Source: Actinomycetes bacterium (GTDB taxonomy: Bacteria; Actinomycetota; Actinomycetes; Prado026). Taken from it: a stretch of 64,000 nucleotides of DNA. Every line of letters begins with the position of its first letter. The first letter of the stretch is position 1. The stretch lies in NCBI GenBank assembly GCA_038252405.1, contig JBBSAJ010000001.1, positions 50,530-114,529 of the forward strand. Direction: 5' to 3'. This document shows positions 1 through 11,132 of the stretch, piece by piece. The notes under the pieces were generated by a model. That model saw only the letters and a program-made list of their open reading frames with translations. It made no database searches and was not told the DNA's origin. The position numbers and the translations under genes are program-made.

Positions 1-688
<688 letters not shown>

Positions 689-691
689 GCG

Positions 692-916
692 ATGGGCGCC
701 GTCGTGGCCATCGGAGCCCGCGCGCGGGTGCAGCCGTTCGCCCTCGCCGGGGTGGACTGGCGCGACGCGACGACGCCGGCCGACGTGCGGGCGGCGTGGA
801 CGGCGCTGCCCCAGGACACCGTGCTGGTCCTGCTCACCCCGGAGGCCCGCCAGGCGCTGGCCGACGAGCTGGCCGCGGTGACCAGCCGGCCGCTGTGGGT
901 GGAGCTGCCGCCGTGA
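692..916 (+). CDS. ntpF: A/V-type ATPase subunit F
   Basis: A 74-aa protein in the expected operon position between K and E, with composition and size consistent with subunit F. It is GTGA-coupled to the next gene. Confidence 0.55.
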   Translation: MGAVVAIGARARVQPFALAGVDWRDATTPADVRAAWTALPQDTVLVLLTPEARQALADELAAVTSRPLWVELPP

Positions 917-1428
917 GCACGGTGACCCAGCCGGGCGCAACGAACAGCCTGGTCGACGCGCTGGAGCCGGTGCGGGCCGAGCTGCTGCGGCAGGCCCACG
1001 AGGAGGCTGCGCAGCGGCTGCGGGACGCCACCACAGCTGCGCGGGAGAGCGTGCGCCAGGCCGAGGAGGAGGCCGCGCGGATCCTGGCCGAGGCGCGGGC
1101 CGAGGGGGCAGCGGACGCGGCCGCAGCCGCGGCCGCGCAGGAGGCCCGCAGCCGTCGGACGGCCCGCGCCGCCGTGCTGGCCGCCCGGTCCGAGGCCTAC
1201 GGCGAGCTGGTGCGGCGCAGCGCGGACGCGCTGCGCGGCGAGCCGGTCGACCGGCTGGTCGCGCTGGCCACCGGGCTGCTCGGCCAGCCGGTCCAGGTGA
1301 CCTCGGCCGAGGGCGGCGGGGTGGTCGCCACGGCCGGTGACCGCCGGGTTGACCTGTCGCTCGATGCGCTGGCCGAACGGGCCACCCGCCTGCTCGGACC
1401 CGACGTCGAGGGGCTGTGGCGGCCATGA
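913..1428 (+). CDS. ntpE: A/V-type ATPase subunit E
   Basis: GTG start at 913 in frame with the track ORF 796..1428. It is a coiled-coil, charged protein (LEPVRAELLRQAHEEAAQRLRDA...AEEEAARILAEARAEG) typical of subunit E. Its stop overlaps the ATG of subunit A (ATGA). Confidence 0.6.
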   Translation: MSTVTQPGATNSLVDALEPVRAELLRQAHEEAAQRLRDATTAARESVRQAEEEAARILAEARAEGAADAAAAAAAQEARSRRTARAAVLAARSEAYGELVRRSADALRGEPVDRLVALATGLLGQPVQVTSAEGGGVVATAGDRRVDLSLDALAERATRLLGPDVEGLWRP

Positions 1429-3155
1429 GCCGGCCTCCCGAGGTGCGCCGGGTCGTCGGCCCACTCGTCGAGCTGGAGCCCGCGGGCGACCTGGCCATGG
1501 CCGAGCTGGTGGAGCTGGGCCCGCTGCGGCTGCCGGGCGAGGTGGTCGGGCTGGACGCCGGGCGGGCCACGGTCCAGGCCTACGAGTACACCGGCGGGCT
1601 GCGACCCGGCGACGTCGCCCGGCCGCTGGGCCGGCCGCTGTCCGCGCGGCTCGGCCCGGGGCTGCTCGGCGGCATCTTCGACGGCCTGCTCAGGCCGCTG
1701 GCCGACGCGCCGTCCCGGCTCACGGCCGGCGGTCCGCGTGAGCCCGGGCCGGCGCGGCGGTGGCACTTCGTGCCGGCCGACGGGCTGTCGGCCGAGCTGG
1801 CCGTCGAGCTGCAGCCGGGCGACCTGCTCGGCACGGTGCGCACCGGCGGCCCGATCGAGCATCGGGTCCTGGTCCCGCCCGGTGTCGCCGGTGCGGTCAC
1901 GGGGTGCGCCGCCGAGGGGGACGTCGGGCCGGATGACGCCGTCGCCACCGTGGGGTCGACGCCCGTGGGACTGTTCGAGCACTGGCCGGTGCGGAACCCG
2001 CGGCCGGTGCGGGCCCGGCTGGACGACGTCGAGCCGCTGACCACGGGGCAGCGGGCCCTGGACCTGCTGTTCCCGATCGCCAGGGGCAGCACCGCCGCGG
2101 TCCCCGGCGGGTTCGGCACCGGCAAGACCGTGCTGCTGCAGCAGCTGGCCAAGTGGTGCGACGCCGACGTGATCGTCTACGTGGGCTGTGGCGAACGAGG
2201 CAACGAGATGGCCGACGTGGTGGCCGACCTGGGCAGCCTCGAGGACCCGCGCACCGGTGGTCGGCTCGCCGACCGCACCGTGGTCGTCGCGAACACGTCG
2301 GACATGCCGATGATGGCCCGCGAGGCCAGCATCTACACCGGCGTGACCGTGGCCGAGTACTACCGCGACATGGGCTACGACGTCGTCGTCATCGCCGACT
2401 CGACGTCCCGCTGGGCCGAGGCGCTGCGCGAGTTCGCCTCACGGACCGGCGCGCTGCCCGTCGAGGAGGGCTACCCCGCGGACCTGGCCTCGGCCCTGGC
2501 GGCCTTCTACGAGCGGGCCGCCCCGGTGACCACACTGGGTGGCCGGCACGGGTCGGTCACGGTGGTCGGCGCGGTGTCGCCGCCCGGCGGCGACCTGGCC
2601 GAGCCGGTCACCTCCCACACCCAACGGTTCGTGCGCTGCCTGTGGACCCTCGACCACGACCTGGCCTACGCCCGGCACTACCCGGCGGTGTCGTGGGCCG
2701 GCTCGTTCTCCCGGGACGTCGACGGGTTGGCCCGCTGGCATGCGCGCAACGGCGACACCAGCTGGGTGCGCCGGCGGGCCCGGGTCGCGGCGTTGCTGGC
2801 CGAGGCCGACCGGCTGTCCGACCTCGCGCAGCTCGTCGGCGAGGGCGCGCTCCCCGGTCGGGAGCGCATGGTGCTGCTCGCCGGACGGCTGGTCCGGGAG
2901 GCCGCCCTGCAGCAGAGCGCGCTGAGCCCCGTCGACGCGTCGTCCAGCCCGGCCAAGACCGCGGTGCTGGTGGACGCCGTGCTGGCCGTGGCCGACCGCT
3001 GCCAGCAGCTGGTCGACTCGGGGGTGCCCGCCGTCACGGTGGAGGAGGTCGACTTCGGCCCGCTGCTGCGGGCCCGGGAGGAGTCGGCCGATCCCGGGGT
3101 CGCGAAGGCACGGCTCGCCCTGATCCTCGAGCGGCTCGAGGGGCTGCTGCCATGA
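1425..3155 (+). CDS. ntpA: A/V-type ATPase catalytic subunit A
   Basis: Walker A motif GFGTGKTVLLQQLAKW, the V/A-ATPase A-subunit non-homologous insert region, and ...CGERGNEM. It is 576 aa long and ATGA-coupled at both ends. Confidence 0.9.
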   Translation: MSRPPEVRRVVGPLVELEPAGDLAMAELVELGPLRLPGEVVGLDAGRATVQAYEYTGGLRPGDVARPLGRPLSARLGPGLLGGIFDGLLRPLADAPSRLTAGGPREPGPARRWHFVPADGLSAELAVELQPGDLLGTVRTGGPIEHRVLVPPGVAGAVTGCAAEGDVGPDDAVATVGSTPVGLFEHWPVRNPRPVRARLDDVEPLTTGQRALDLLFPIARGSTAAVPGGFGTGKTVLLQQLAKWCDADVIVYVGCGERGNEMADVVADLGSLEDPRTGGRLADRTVVVANTSDMPMMAREASIYTGVTVAEYYRDMGYDVVVIADSTSRWAEALREFASRTGALPVEEGYPADLASALAAFYERAAPVTTLGGRHGSVTVVGAVSPPGGDLAEPVTSHTQRFVRCLWTLDHDLAYARHYPAVSWAGSFSRDVDGLARWHARNGDTSWVRRRARVAALLAEADRLSDLAQLVGEGALPGRERMVLLAGRLVREAALQQSALSPVDASSSPAKTAVLVDAVLAVADRCQQLVDSGVPAVTVEEVDFGPLLRAREESADPGVAKARLALILERLEGLLP

Positions 3156-4552
3156 GCGCGGTGTTCGGGGAGGTCGAGTACTCCCGGGTCCGTCGGCTCG
3201 ACGGGCCGCTGCTGGTCGTCGAGGGGGTGCGCGGAGTCGGCTGGGACGAGTACGCCCATGTGCGGCTCGACTCGGGGGCGACGCGACACGGCCTGGTGCT
3301 GGAGGTCGACCGCGACGTCGCGGTCCTGCAGGTGTTCGAGGGCACGGAGGGCATGGCGGCGACCCGCAGCTGGGTGGGATTCACCGCCGAGCCGCTGCGG
3401 ATCGCGGTGGGGCCGGGCTGGCTGGGCCGGGTGTGCAACGGCCGCGGCGAGCCGGTGGACGGCGGCCCGCCCGTGCTCGGCCGGACCAGGGCCACCATCA
3501 CCGGCGCCCCGCTCAACCCCACCTGGCGGGAGCCGCCGTCCGAGCCGGTGTTCACCGGGGTGTCCGCCGTCGACCTGCTCACCACGCTGGTCCGCGGGCA
3601 GAAGCTGCCGATCTTCTCGGTGGCCGGCCTGCCGCACCTGGACCTGGCCACCCAGATCGCCGCCCAGGCCAGCGCCGGCGGCGAGCCGTTCAGCGTCGTC
3701 TTCGTGGCGATGGGGCTCTCGCACGCGGACGCCGCCATGGTGCGCGACGCGCTGGAGGGTCGCTCGGCGGCCGGCGAGCTGGTGCTCGTGCTCAACACCG
3801 CGGACGAGCCGGTGATCGAGCGGATCCTCGCGCCGCGGGTGGGCCTGACCATCGCCGAGGAGCTGGCCTTCACGCAGGGACGGCACGTCCTCGTCGTACT
3901 GGCCGACATGACCAGCTACGCCGAGGCGCTGCGCGAGGTCTCGGCCGCCCGCGGCGAGATCCCGGCCCGCCGCGCCTACCCCGGCTACCTGTACAGCGAC
4001 CTGGCGTCGCTGTACGAGCGCTGCGGCCGGGTGCGGGGGATGGCCGGCTCGGTGACGATCGTGCCGGTACTCACCATGCCGTCGGGGGACATCACCCACC
4101 CGGTTCCGGACCTCACCGGCTACATCACCGAGGGCCAGATCGTGCTGTCCCCGGACGTGCACGCCCGCGGCGTGTACCCGCCCGTGGACGCCCTCGGCTC
4201 GCTGTCCCGGCTGATGCGCAAGGGCGCCGGCCCGAACCGGACCCGGGCCGACCACCTCGACCTGGCCGCCCAGCAGCTGGCCGCTCTGGCCCGGGCCCGC
4301 AACGTCCGGGACATCGCCGATCTCGTGGGCGTGGACGCGCTGAGCCGCACCGACCGGGCCTACCTGGACTTCCAGCGGGTGTTCGAGCAGGTGCTCGTGG
4401 ACCAGCGCCGGGACGAGAGCCGCTCGATGGAGGAGTCCCTCGACCGGGGCTGGACCGCGCTCGGTGCGCTGCCCCGGCGGGAGCTGACCATGCTGCCGCT
4501 GGCCGAGCTGGACAACCGCTACCCGGCCGGGTCCGGGGGTGAGCAGCAGTGA
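3152..4552 (+). CDS. ntpB: A/V-type ATPase subunit B
   Basis: The ATG at 3152 is in frame with the track ORF 2153..4552, whose N-terminal extension is R-rich wrong-frame-like sequence. The protein begins MSAVFGEVEYSRVRRLDGPLLVVEGV and contains ...FSVAGLPHLDLATQIAAQASA..., typical of the V/A-type B subunit. Confidence 0.9.
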   Translation: MSAVFGEVEYSRVRRLDGPLLVVEGVRGVGWDEYAHVRLDSGATRHGLVLEVDRDVAVLQVFEGTEGMAATRSWVGFTAEPLRIAVGPGWLGRVCNGRGEPVDGGPPVLGRTRATITGAPLNPTWREPPSEPVFTGVSAVDLLTTLVRGQKLPIFSVAGLPHLDLATQIAAQASAGGEPFSVVFVAMGLSHADAAMVRDALEGRSAAGELVLVLNTADEPVIERILAPRVGLTIAEELAFTQGRHVLVVLADMTSYAEALREVSAARGEIPARRAYPGYLYSDLASLYERCGRVRGMAGSVTIVPVLTMPSGDITHPVPDLTGYITEGQIVLSPDVHARGVYPPVDALGSLSRLMRKGAGPNRTRADHLDLAAQQLAALARARNVRDIADLVGVDALSRTDRAYLDFQRVFEQVLVDQRRDESRSMEESLDRGWTALGALPRRELTMLPLAELDNRYPAGSGGEQQ

Positions 4553-5169
4553 CCGGGGTACGGGTGCTGCCAGGACGGGCCGGCCGGCTGCGGCTGCGTC
4601 ACCAGCTGACCGTCGCCAGCCGCGGCGCGGACCTGCTGCAGCAGCGGCTGCAGATCCTGCGCCGGGAGGAGCAGCGGTTCCAGCTGCTGGTCGAGCGGAC
4701 CGAGCGGGAGTGGGCCCGGTCCTGCCGGGAGGCCGAGGAGTGGACGCTGCGGGCGGCGCTGGCCGGGGGCCAGCGCGGGCTGCGCCAGGCCGCTCCGTCC
4801 GGGTCGGTGCGGGCCGAGGTCCGCTGGAGCTCGACGATGGGGGTGAGCTACCCCGAGACCGTCGGCTGCACGATCCCGGAGCCACCGAGGACGACGCCGG
4901 TCTGCGGAGTGGCCACGCCCGAGGCGCAGCGTGCCGCCGCGGCCGCGCTGGAGGCCGGCGCCCGGCACGCCGCGGCGGAGGCGGCGGTCCGCATCCTGCA
5001 GGCCGAGGTCGCCGCGACCCGCCGCCGGCTGCGGGCGGTCACCCAGCGGCGCATCCCGGAGCTGACCGCGGCCCTCGCCGCGGTCGACGTCGGCCTGGAG
5101 GAGCAGGAGCGCGAGGACGGCGCGCGGCTGCGCTGGGCGCTCGACCAGCGGACCGGGGAGCCACCGTGA
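4549..5169 (+). CDS. ntpD: A/V-type ATPase subunit D
   Basis: The GTG at 4549 overlaps the B-subunit stop (GTGA). The 206-aa coiled-coil protein (LRLRHQLTVASRGADLLQQRLQILRREEQRF) is in the usual final operon position. Confidence 0.75.
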   Translation: MTGVRVLPGRAGRLRLRHQLTVASRGADLLQQRLQILRREEQRFQLLVERTEREWARSCREAEEWTLRAALAGGQRGLRQAAPSGSVRAEVRWSSTMGVSYPETVGCTIPEPPRTTPVCGVATPEAQRAAAAALEAGARHAAAEAAVRILQAEVAATRRRLRAVTQRRIPELTAALAAVDVGLEEQEREDGARLRWALDQRTGEPP

Positions 5170-5609
5170 TCAAGCGGATCCTGCTGGCCGTCGACGACTC
5201 CGAGGGCGCCCTGGCCGCCAGCCGGGTCGCCATCGACCTGGCGGACACCTACCAGGCGGTGCTGCGGGTCGTGTCGGTGGTCGTCGACGGGGTGCTGGCC
5301 GGGGCGCTGGCCGACGGCGCTCCCCTCGAGCCGGTCCGGCAGCGGCAGCTGGTGGCCTCCTCCTCCGTGCTGCGCTACGTGTCGCAGGCGGCTCGGCGCC
5401 GGGGGCTCACGGTCGAGGTGCGGCAGCTGGAGGGCCGGGCCGCGCAGCGGGTGCTGCACGAGGCGCAGGAGTGGTCGGCCGACGTGATCGTGGTGGGCCG
5501 CTCGGCCGTGCGGGGCGCCGGGCTGCCCTACGTCGGCAGCGTGACCGCTCACGTGCTGGAGTTCGCCGAGCAGCCGGTCCTCGTGGTGCCCCCGCCGGCT
5601 CGCCGGTAG
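5166..5609 (+). CDS. Universal stress protein (UspA family), translationally coupled to ntpD
   Basis: The GTG at 5166 overlaps the D-subunit stop. The protein begins VIKRILLAVDDSEGALAASRVAIDLA and ends ...VIVVGRSAVRGAGLPYVGSVTAHVLEFAEQPVLVV, which is the USP fold signature. Confidence 0.8.
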   Translation: MIKRILLAVDDSEGALAASRVAIDLADTYQAVLRVVSVVVDGVLAGALADGAPLEPVRQRQLVASSSVLRYVSQAARRRGLTVEVRQLEGRAAQRVLHEAQEWSADVIVVGRSAVRGAGLPYVGSVTAHVLEFAEQPVLVVPPPARR

Positions 5610-5675
5610 GCGCCACGTCGACGGGGTGCCGCCGGCCCACCGGTAACGTCAGGCGTGGACCCGAGGAGGACTGTT

Positions 5676-6473
5676 GTGAGCGCAGCGGGAATGGCCGATG
5701 TCCTGGTGCAGCACGACGGTGGCGTCGCGCTGGTCACGCTCAACCGTCCCGACAAGCTCAACGCGCTGACGCCGCAGATGCAGCGGCGCTACGTCGAGCT
5801 GCTGCGCGAGCTAGACGCCGACCCCGAGGTCCGGGTGGTCGTCGTCACCGGTGCCGGGCGCGGCTTCTGCTCCGGCGCCGACCTGGCTGCGCTCGCCGAC
5901 ACCGAGAAGCTGCTGTCCTTCGCGCCCGAGGCGGAGCAGCTGCCCCTGGTGGCGCTGGAGATCCGCAAGCCCGTGGTCGCCGCGGTCAACGGGCCGGTCG
6001 CCGGCATCGGCTTCGCGCTGATGCTCGCCTGCGACGTGCGCTTCGTGGCCGCCGGAGCGCGGATCGGGACGACGTTCTCCCGCCTGGGGCTGGTGGCCGA
6101 GTATGGGACGTCCTGGCTGCTACCCAGGATCGTCGGGACGGGCCGGGCCATGGAGCTGCTGCTCTCCGGCCGCGCCGTCGACGCCGACGAGGCGCTGCGG
6201 ATCGGACTGGTCCACGAGGTCGTCGCGGATCGCCCGGTGCTCGAGCGGGCGCTCCAGTGGGCGCACGAGGTCGCCGCGCAGTGCTCACCGCGGTCCCTGG
6301 CCACCATCAAGCGCCAGGTCTATGGCGACCAGGACCGGCCCAGGGACGAGGCGGTCGACCGTTCGGTCGCGCTGATGGTCGCCTCGTTCGGGTGGGGCGG
6401 ACTGCAGGAGGCGCTGACCGCACGGCTGGAGAACCGGCCGGCCGCGTTCCCGGGTCTGGGCCCGGACGACTGA
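5676..6473 (+). CDS. Enoyl-CoA hydratase/isomerase (crotonase) family protein
   Basis: GTG start with the RBS GAGGAGGA 6 nt upstream. The protein contains LVTLNRPDKLNALT...VVVTGAGRGFCSGADL, which is the crotonase signature. Confidence 0.85.
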   Translation: MSAAGMADVLVQHDGGVALVTLNRPDKLNALTPQMQRRYVELLRELDADPEVRVVVVTGAGRGFCSGADLAALADTEKLLSFAPEAEQLPLVALEIRKPVVAAVNGPVAGIGFALMLACDVRFVAAGARIGTTFSRLGLVAEYGTSWLLPRIVGTGRAMELLLSGRAVDADEALRIGLVHEVVADRPVLERALQWAHEVAAQCSPRSLATIKRQVYGDQDRPRDEAVDRSVALMVASFGWGGLQEALTARLENRPAAFPGLGPDD

Positions 6474-6501
6474 GCAGCCCGGCGAACGGAGGGGAGCTGC
6501 G

Positions 6502-9336
6502 GTGGCGCGCGTGGCCATCGGCTCCGACCCCTCGCTCATGGACGTGGGCGCGCTGCTCGGGCGGCTGGGGACGGACCCGGACCGGGGGCTGACCGTCCAG
6601 GAGGCGGCGCGTCGGCTGGCCGAGACGGGGCCGAACGAGATCGCCGCCGAACCCCCGGTGCCCTCGTGGCGCAAGCTCCTCGAGCAGTTCCGGGACCCGC
6701 TCATCTACCTGCTGTTCGCCGCGATCGTCATCTCGCTGGTGGCCTGGGCGGTCGAGGGTGCCTCCGGCTGGCCGTTCGACACGCTCGTGATCGCCGTCAT
6801 CGTCGTCCTGAACGCCGTGCTCGGCTACGCGCAGCAGGCACGGGCCGAGCACGCGGTCGAGGCGCTGCAGCGGATGAGCGCCACCACCGCGACCGTCGTG
6901 CGGGATGGACTCCAGCAGCGGGTGGCGACCCGCGAGCTGGTGCCCGGCGACCTGCTCGTCCTCGCCGAGGGTGACACCGTGGCCGCGGACGCCCGGCTGG
7001 TGTCCGCGGCCACGCTGAGGGTGTCGGAGGCGGCGCTCACCGGGGAGAGCGAGCCGGTGCTCAAGCACGCCCACACGTTGCCCGCGCCGGCCGCGCTCGG
7101 GGACCGGCTGGACATGGTCTTCAACGGCACCGCGGTCGCTCAGGGGGCGGGGCGCGCGGTCGTGACCGGCACCGGGATGGCGACCCAGATGGGCCGGATC
7201 GCCGGCCTGCTGCACGCCACCGTGGAGGAGCCGACGCCGCTGCAGCGGGAGATCGCGCGGGTGGGCCGGATGCTCGGGATCGCGGTCATCGTGATCGCCA
7301 TGATCGTGATGGCCACCATCGTCGTCTCCTTCGGCGTCCGCACCGCCCAGGACGTGGTCACGGCACTCCTGCTGGCCGTTTCGCTGGCCGTGGCCGCGGT
7401 CCCGGAGGGGCTGCCGGCCGTCTTGTCCGTCGTCCTCGCGCTGGGTGTCCAGCGGATGGCCGCGCATCGCGCGATCGTCAAGGAGCTGTCGTCGGTGGAG
7501 ACGCTCGGCTCGGCGTCGGTGGTCTGCTCGGACAAGACCGGCACCCTCACCAAGGGCGAGATGACCATCGGACGCGTGATCACGGCCGCGGGACTCGTCA
7601 CGGTCACCGGAGCCGGCTATCGGCCGGACGGGGGGATGGAGCACGACGGCGAGCCGCTGGAGGAGGGCGGCGCGATCTGGCGGCAGACGGCCCTCGTGCT
7701 CGCCGGCGGTGCGCTGGCGAACGACGCGACCCTGCGGGAGGCGGACGGCGAGTGGACCATCCAGAGCGACCCGACCGAGGCCGCGTTCCTCGTCGCCGAG
7801 ATCAAGCTCGGCATCCGGGACCGGCGGGCGGGGCGCTTCCGGCGGGTGGGCCACATCCCGTTCACCTCCGAGCGGATGATGATGACCAGCCTCGAGGCGG
7901 ACGCCGAACGGGCCGGCATGCTCTCGGTGGTCACCAAGGGCGCCCCCGACGTGCTGCTCGACCGGTGCTCCTCCGTGCAGGTCGGTGATCGGCTCGAACG
8001 CCTCGACGACGCGTGGCGGGCCCGGATCCTGGCCGACGTGGATCACCTCTCCGGTGAGGCGTTCCGGACGCTGGCCGTGGCCTACCGGCCGCTCGAGGTC
8101 ACCACACCACCGGAGCTGGACGACTCGCTGGAGCGGGACCTGGTCTACACGGGCCTGGTCGGCATCATCGACCCGCCGCGGCCCGAGGCGGCGGCCGCGA
8201 TCGCCGAGGCCCACCGCGCGGGGGTCCGGGTCGTGATGATCACGGGGGACCACCCGCGGACCGCGGGACGCATCGCCAGGGACCTGGGCATCGCCGAGCA
8301 CGAGACCGTGGCGGTGTCCGGGGCCGAGCTCGACCAGCTGGGTCCCGAGCAGTTCCGGCAGACGGTGCGCGAGCGGTCGGTGTACGCGCGGGTGACGCCG
8401 GAGCACAAGCTCCGCATCGTCGACGCACTCCAGGCCGACCACCAGGTGGTGGCCATGACCGGCGACGGCGTGAACGACGCGCCGGCACTGAAGTCGGCCG
8501 ACATTGGCATCGCCATGGGGCGCACCGGCACCGAGGTGACCAAGGAAGCCGCGAAGATGATCCTCGCCGACGACAACTTCGCGACCATCGTGGCGGCCAT
8601 CCGGGAGGGCCGCGGCATCTTCGAGAACATCAAGAAGTTCCTGCGCTACCTGCTCTCGTCGAACATGGGCGAGGTCCTCACGGTGTTCCTCGGTGTCGTC
8701 CTCGCCGGCGGCATCGGCCTGACCCACGGTGAGGGCTCCGTCGCGCTCCCGCTGCTGGCGACCCAGATCCTGTGGATCAATCTGCTCACCGACAGCGGTC
8801 CGGCGCTCGCGATGGGCGTGGACACCCAGACCGAGGACGTGATGAGCCGCCCGCCCCGCTCACTGACCGACCGGGTCATCGACCGTCGGATGCGGGCTGG
8901 CGTCCTGGTGATCGGCCTGGCCATGGCGGCCTCGACGCTCGCGACGATCGACCTGTACCTGCCTGGCGGCCTCATCGAGGGGACCCATTCGCTGGACAAC
9001 GCCCGAACCGCAGGGTTCACGGTGCTGGTGCTCGCCCAGCTGTTCAACTCCTTCAACGCGCGGTCGGAGACGGTGACTGCCTTCCACCGCGTCTTCGCCA
9101 ACCGCTGGCTGTGGGGCGCGGTCGGCTTGTCGGCGCTGCTGCAGGTCGCCGTCGTCCAGCTGCCGGTCTTCAACCGTGCGTTCACCACCACGCCGCTGTC
9201 GCTCGAGCAGTGGCTGGCCTGCCTCGCGATGGCCAGCGCGGTGCTGTGGGCCAGCGAGATCCGCAAGCTGTTCCTGCGGCTTGGCTCCCGCTCCGCCCCC
9301 GCCGTCCCCGATGGGAGTGGGGTGGGAGTGCCCTAG
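6502..9336 (+). CDS. Cation-transporting P-type ATPase (P2-type, Ca2+/Mg2+-like)
   Basis: DKTGTLT phosphorylation motif, [12 protein letters not shown] hinge motif, and ten-TM architecture. The N-terminus ...[19 protein letters not shown] is typical of P2A-type pumps. A GGAGGGGA RBS precedes the GTG start. Confidence 0.9.
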   Translation: MARVAIGSDPSLMDVGALLGRLGTDPDRGLTVQEAARRLAETGPNEIAAEPPVPSWRKLLEQFRDPLIYLLFAAIVISLVAWAVEGASGWPFDTLVIAVIVVLNAVLGYAQQARAEHAVEALQRMSATTATVVRDGLQQRVATRELVPGDLLVLAEGDTVAADARLVSAATLRVSEAALTGESEPVLKHAHTLPAPAALGDRLDMVFNGTAVAQGAGRAVVTGTGMATQMGRIAGLLHATVEEPTPLQREIARVGRMLGIAVIVIAMIVMATIVVSFGVRTAQDVVTALLLAVSLAVAAVPEGLPAVLSVVLALGVQRMAAHRAIVKELSSVETLGSASVVCSDKTGTLTKGEMTIGRVITAAGLVTVTGAGYRPDGGMEHDGEPLEEGGAIWRQTALVLAGGALANDATLREADGEWTIQSDPTEAAFLVAEIKLGIRDRRAGRFRRVGHIPFTSERMMMTSLEADAERAGMLSVVTKGAPDVLLDRCSSVQVGDRLERLDDAWRARILADVDHLSGEAFRTLAVAYRPLEVTTPPELDDSLERDLVYTGLVGIIDPPRPEAAAAIAEAHRAGVRVVMITGDHPRTAGRIARDLGIAEHETVAVSGAELDQLGPEQFRQTVRERSVYARVTPEHKLRIVDALQADHQVVAMTGDGVNDAPALKSADIGIAMGRTGTEVTKEAAKMILADDNFATIVAAIREGRGIFENIKKFLRYLLSSNMGEVLTVFLGVVLAGGIGLTHGEGSVALPLLATQILWINLLTDSGPALAMGVDTQTEDVMSRPPRSLTDRVIDRRMRAGVLVIGLAMAASTLATIDLYLPGGLIEGTHSLDNARTAGFTVLVLAQLFNSFNARSETVTAFHRVFANRWLWGAVGLSALLQVAVVQLPVFNRAFTTTPLSLEQWLACLAMASAVLWASEIRKLFLRLGSRSAPAVPDGSGVGVP

Positions 9337-11000
9337 CTGGCCTGGTAGGCGGTGAAGGCGTCCATGAGGTTGGGGAAGATGTGGTCGGCGGCGAACTTGT
9401 CGAGCACCCCATAGGTCTTCAGGGTCTGCAGCAGGTGGTCGTCGGCTCGGGCGAGGCCGAACTGGGCCCCTTGCTGGTGGACGAAGTCGACGAGGCCGCT
9501 CAGGGCGATCCCGGCCGAGTAGTCGACGTCGTCGATGGCTGAGCAGTCCAGGACGAGCCAGCGCACCTTGTCGGGGGCAGCTTGGACGATCGCCTCGACG
9601 TCGTCGGTGAACCGGCTGACGTTGGCGTAGAAGAGCTGAGCGTCGAACCGGAAGACGACCAGGCCGGGCAGGCTCTGCGCGCCGGCGGTCGCCGGCACGT
9701 AGGTGGGGGCGCCCCCGATGCTCTCGCCGACGACGAAGTCGCTGGGCCGGTAGGCCCGGCGGATGATCTCCAGGATCGACAGCACGACCGCCAGGATGAT
9801 GCCCTGCTCGACGCCGACGCCGAAGACGACGAACCCGGTGGCGCAGGCGATCAGGAACTCGCTCACCCGGCGCCCGCGGATCCGCCGGAGGCCGGCCACG
9901 TCGATGAGGCTCACCCCGATCATGAACACGATGCCGGCCAGGGTCGCCTTGGGCATGGTGGTCAGCAGCCCGGTGGCGAAGAGCACGAACACCAGCACGA
10001 CCGCCGACATGGTCAGGTTCGCCAGCTGGGTCCGGCCCTTCTGCCCGTCCAGGATCTGGGTCTTGGTGGGGCTGCCGTTGACCACGAACGTGCCGCTGAG
10101 CCCGGCGGCGAAGCTGGCCCCGCTGAGCCCGAGGATGTCCCTGTTGATGTCCACCCGCTGTCCGTGCTTGGCGGCGAAGCTGCGTGACGTGGCCGCGCTC
10201 TGGGCGACGATGAGCACGAAGCAGGCGAACGCGATCGCGAGCACCTGCGGGACGTCGCTCCAGGTGATGCCCTTCGGCAGGCCGATCGGTGGGAAGCCTC
10301 CGGTCACCGCCCCGACCACCGCCACGCCGTGCGTGGAGGCGTCCACCGCCGTGGAGATGATGATCGACAGGACCACCGCCACCACCGCCCCTGGGACCCT
10401 GGGCAGGAACCGCTCGAACCCGATGATGATCAGCACCGTGCCCAGCGCGAACGCGAACGTCGCCAGGCTCGTGTCCGGGATGGACTGGACCATCGCCCAC
10501 TGCTGCTGGAACCAGTTGCCGGACCCCTTGGGCACCCCGAGCATGTCGGGGATCTGGCCGGTGAACACCTGGATGCCCACGCCGGTGAGGAACCCGATCA
10601 GCACCGAGGCGCTGAGGAAGTCACCGATGAACCCCAGCTTGAGCACCCGGGCGACCAGCAGCATGGCCCCGCACACCAGCGCCACCAGGCTGGTCCAGGC
10701 CACCCATTCAGCCGTGTTCGGGCTGAGCCCGGAGATGCCCAGCCCGGCCAGCCCGGCGGCCAGGATCGCCGCGGTCGCGGAGTCGGCTCCCACCACCAGC
10801 AGCCGGGACGAGCCGATCAACGCGAACATGATCGTCGGGAAGATCACCGTGTACAGGCCCGTCGCCAGCGGCGTCTGCGCGATCGAGGTGTACCCCATCA
10901 CCTCCGGGATCGCCACCGCCGCCAACGTCACACCTGCGACCACGTCGGTCGACAACCACGACCGCTGGTAGCCCTTCAGCCACTCCGGCAGCAGGCTCAT
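9333..11000 (-). CDS. SulP family inorganic anion transporter with C-terminal STAS domain
   Basis: The protein begins MSLLPEWLKGYQRSWLSTDVVAGVTLAAVAIPEVMGYTSIA and has a C-terminal STAS region (...WLVLDCSAIDDVDYSAG...). Its stop codon overlaps the converging P-type ATPase stop within CTAG at 9333-9336. Confidence 0.85.
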   Translation of the reverse strand: MSLLPEWLKGYQRSWLSTDVVAGVTLAAVAIPEVMGYTSIAQTPLATGLYTVIFPTIMFALIGSSRLLVVGADSATAAILAAGLAGLGISGLSPNTAEWVAWTSLVALVCGAMLLVARVLKLGFIGDFLSASVLIGFLTGVGIQVFTGQIPDMLGVPKGSGNWFQQQWAMVQSIPDTSLATFAFALGTVLIIIGFERFLPRVPGAVVAVVLSIIISTAVDASTHGVAVVGAVTGGFPPIGLPKGITWSDVPQVLAIAFACFVLIVAQSAATSRSFAAKHGQRVDINRDILGLSGASFAAGLSGTFVVNGSPTKTQILDGQKGRTQLANLTMSAVVLVFVLFATGLLTTMPKATLAGIVFMIGVSLIDVAGLRRIRGRRVSEFLIACATGFVVFGVGVEQGIILAVVLSILEIIRRAYRPSDFVVGESIGGAPTYVPATAGAQSLPGLVVFRFDAQLFYANVSRFTDDVEAIVQAAPDKVRWLVLDCSAIDDVDYSAGIALSGLVDFVHQQGAQFGLARADDHLLQTLKTYGVLDKFAADHIFPNLMDAFTAYQAS

Positions 11001-11132
11001 CTGGTGGTCCTCCTCCGCTGGGAGCGATCATGACCAGCATCGGTCCCCACGGTAGGGGTGGACGTCCCCCCGCGTGCACCTATCGACCCGGCGGGGCGGG
11101 CGGATGCGGATCGTGCTGCTCGAGCCGCGTAG

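Noticed and set aside
2153-3151. N-terminal 333-codon extension of the V-ATPase B-subunit ORF, and similar upstream extensions of murA (36122), the aldehyde dehydrogenase (to 48743), thrB (18389), rho (20127) and atpA (31464)
   Set aside because: The extensions are low-complexity wrong-frame-like sequence overlapping the upstream gene. Conserved N-termini and RBS or overlap-coupled internal starts define the real starts.
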